Assembly (NCBI GenBank): GCA_050486505.1
Contig: JBJHDK010000035.1
Span: 1-16,260, forward strand
Length of the DNA: 16,260 nucleotides
Reading direction: 5' to 3'
Origin: Fibrobacteria bacterium
GTDB taxonomy: Bacteria > Fibrobacterota > Fibrobacteria > UBA11236
Numbering within the stretch: position 1 is the first letter of the stretch; each line of letters opens with the position of its first letter. Under the pieces are notes generated by a model that searched no databases, was not told where the DNA came from, and saw only the letters and a program-made list of their open reading frames with translations. Both the position numbers and the translations under genes were made by a program. Below are positions 15,849-16,260 of this stretch, piece after piece.

Positions 15849-16235
15849 ATGCTCGCCAAAATCATCGCCCCCGCCTTCTTGCTCGGTGCCGGCCTCGCCC
15901 TCGCGGAAACCCCTGCCCTTGAGAAAGATCTCACCAAGTTCGACCTCGAAGACGGCAAGGCCGTCTACGGCATGTACTGCGCCACCTGCCACGGTGCCAC
16001 CGGAAAAGGCGACGGTGCCGCCGCCGCCGCGTTGAATCCCAAGCCCCGCGATCTGACCGACGTCGAATACATCACCACCCGCTCGTGGGAAGACCTTCGC
16101 GAAGTCATCGCCCAAGGCGGCGCGAATGCCGGCATGTCGGCGCTGATGCCCGCCTGGAGCGGCGCGCTGAGACGGGCGCAGATCGACAACGTGCTGGCCT
16201 ACATCCTGACCTACAGCCAGGCGGCGGCAGAGTAA
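15849..16235 (+). CDS. Periplasmic monohaem class I cytochrome c
   Basis: ATG after AAGGAG; signal peptide MLAKIIAPAFLLGAGLALA. Contains CATCHG, GKGDGAAAAALNPKPRDLT, MSALMPAW and QIDNVLAYI. Confidence 0.92.
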   Translation: MLAKIIAPAFLLGAGLALAETPALEKDLTKFDLEDGKAVYGMYCATCHGATGKGDGAAAAALNPKPRDLTDVEYITTRSWEDLREVIAQGGANAGMSALMPAWSGALRRAQIDNVLAYILTYSQAAAE

Positions 16236-16260
16236 TCCTCTCGCCGAAAAACCACCGTAA

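Overview
GC-rich bacterial respiratory locus with three blocks. (1) A + strand run: 3' end of a class I cytochrome c gene, hemN and an NnrS-family gene. (2) A long - strand operon: DsbD_2/TauE-like membrane protein, a membrane-anchored cytochrome c, ccoS, fused ccoNO, ccoQ, monohaem ccoP, ccoG, ccoH, ccoI, followed by an Rrf2-family regulator. This is a complete cbb3-type cytochrome c oxidase plus assembly genes. (3) Divergently transcribed from the same ~450 bp intergenic region, a + strand cluster of exported c-type cytochromes: a dihaem cytochrome c, a lipoprotein with a planctomycete-type cytochrome c domain, a signal-peptide/CxxCH/beta-barrel protein with Cyc2-like cytochrome-porin architecture but non-canonical motifs, and a monohaem cytochrome c. 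The most notable inference is a possible outer-membrane-to-O2 electron conduit (porin-cytochrome -> periplasmic cytochromes -> cbb3 oxidase). The lipoprotein and porin genes sit in a lower-GC patch. A shared palindrome (GGAY-N6-RTCC) lies upstream of both the Rrf2 gene and the cco operon, and a heptamer tandem repeat occurs at two gene ends. No rRNA, tRNA, CRISPR array or transposase was seen. All family calls come from motif recognition; no database searches were run.
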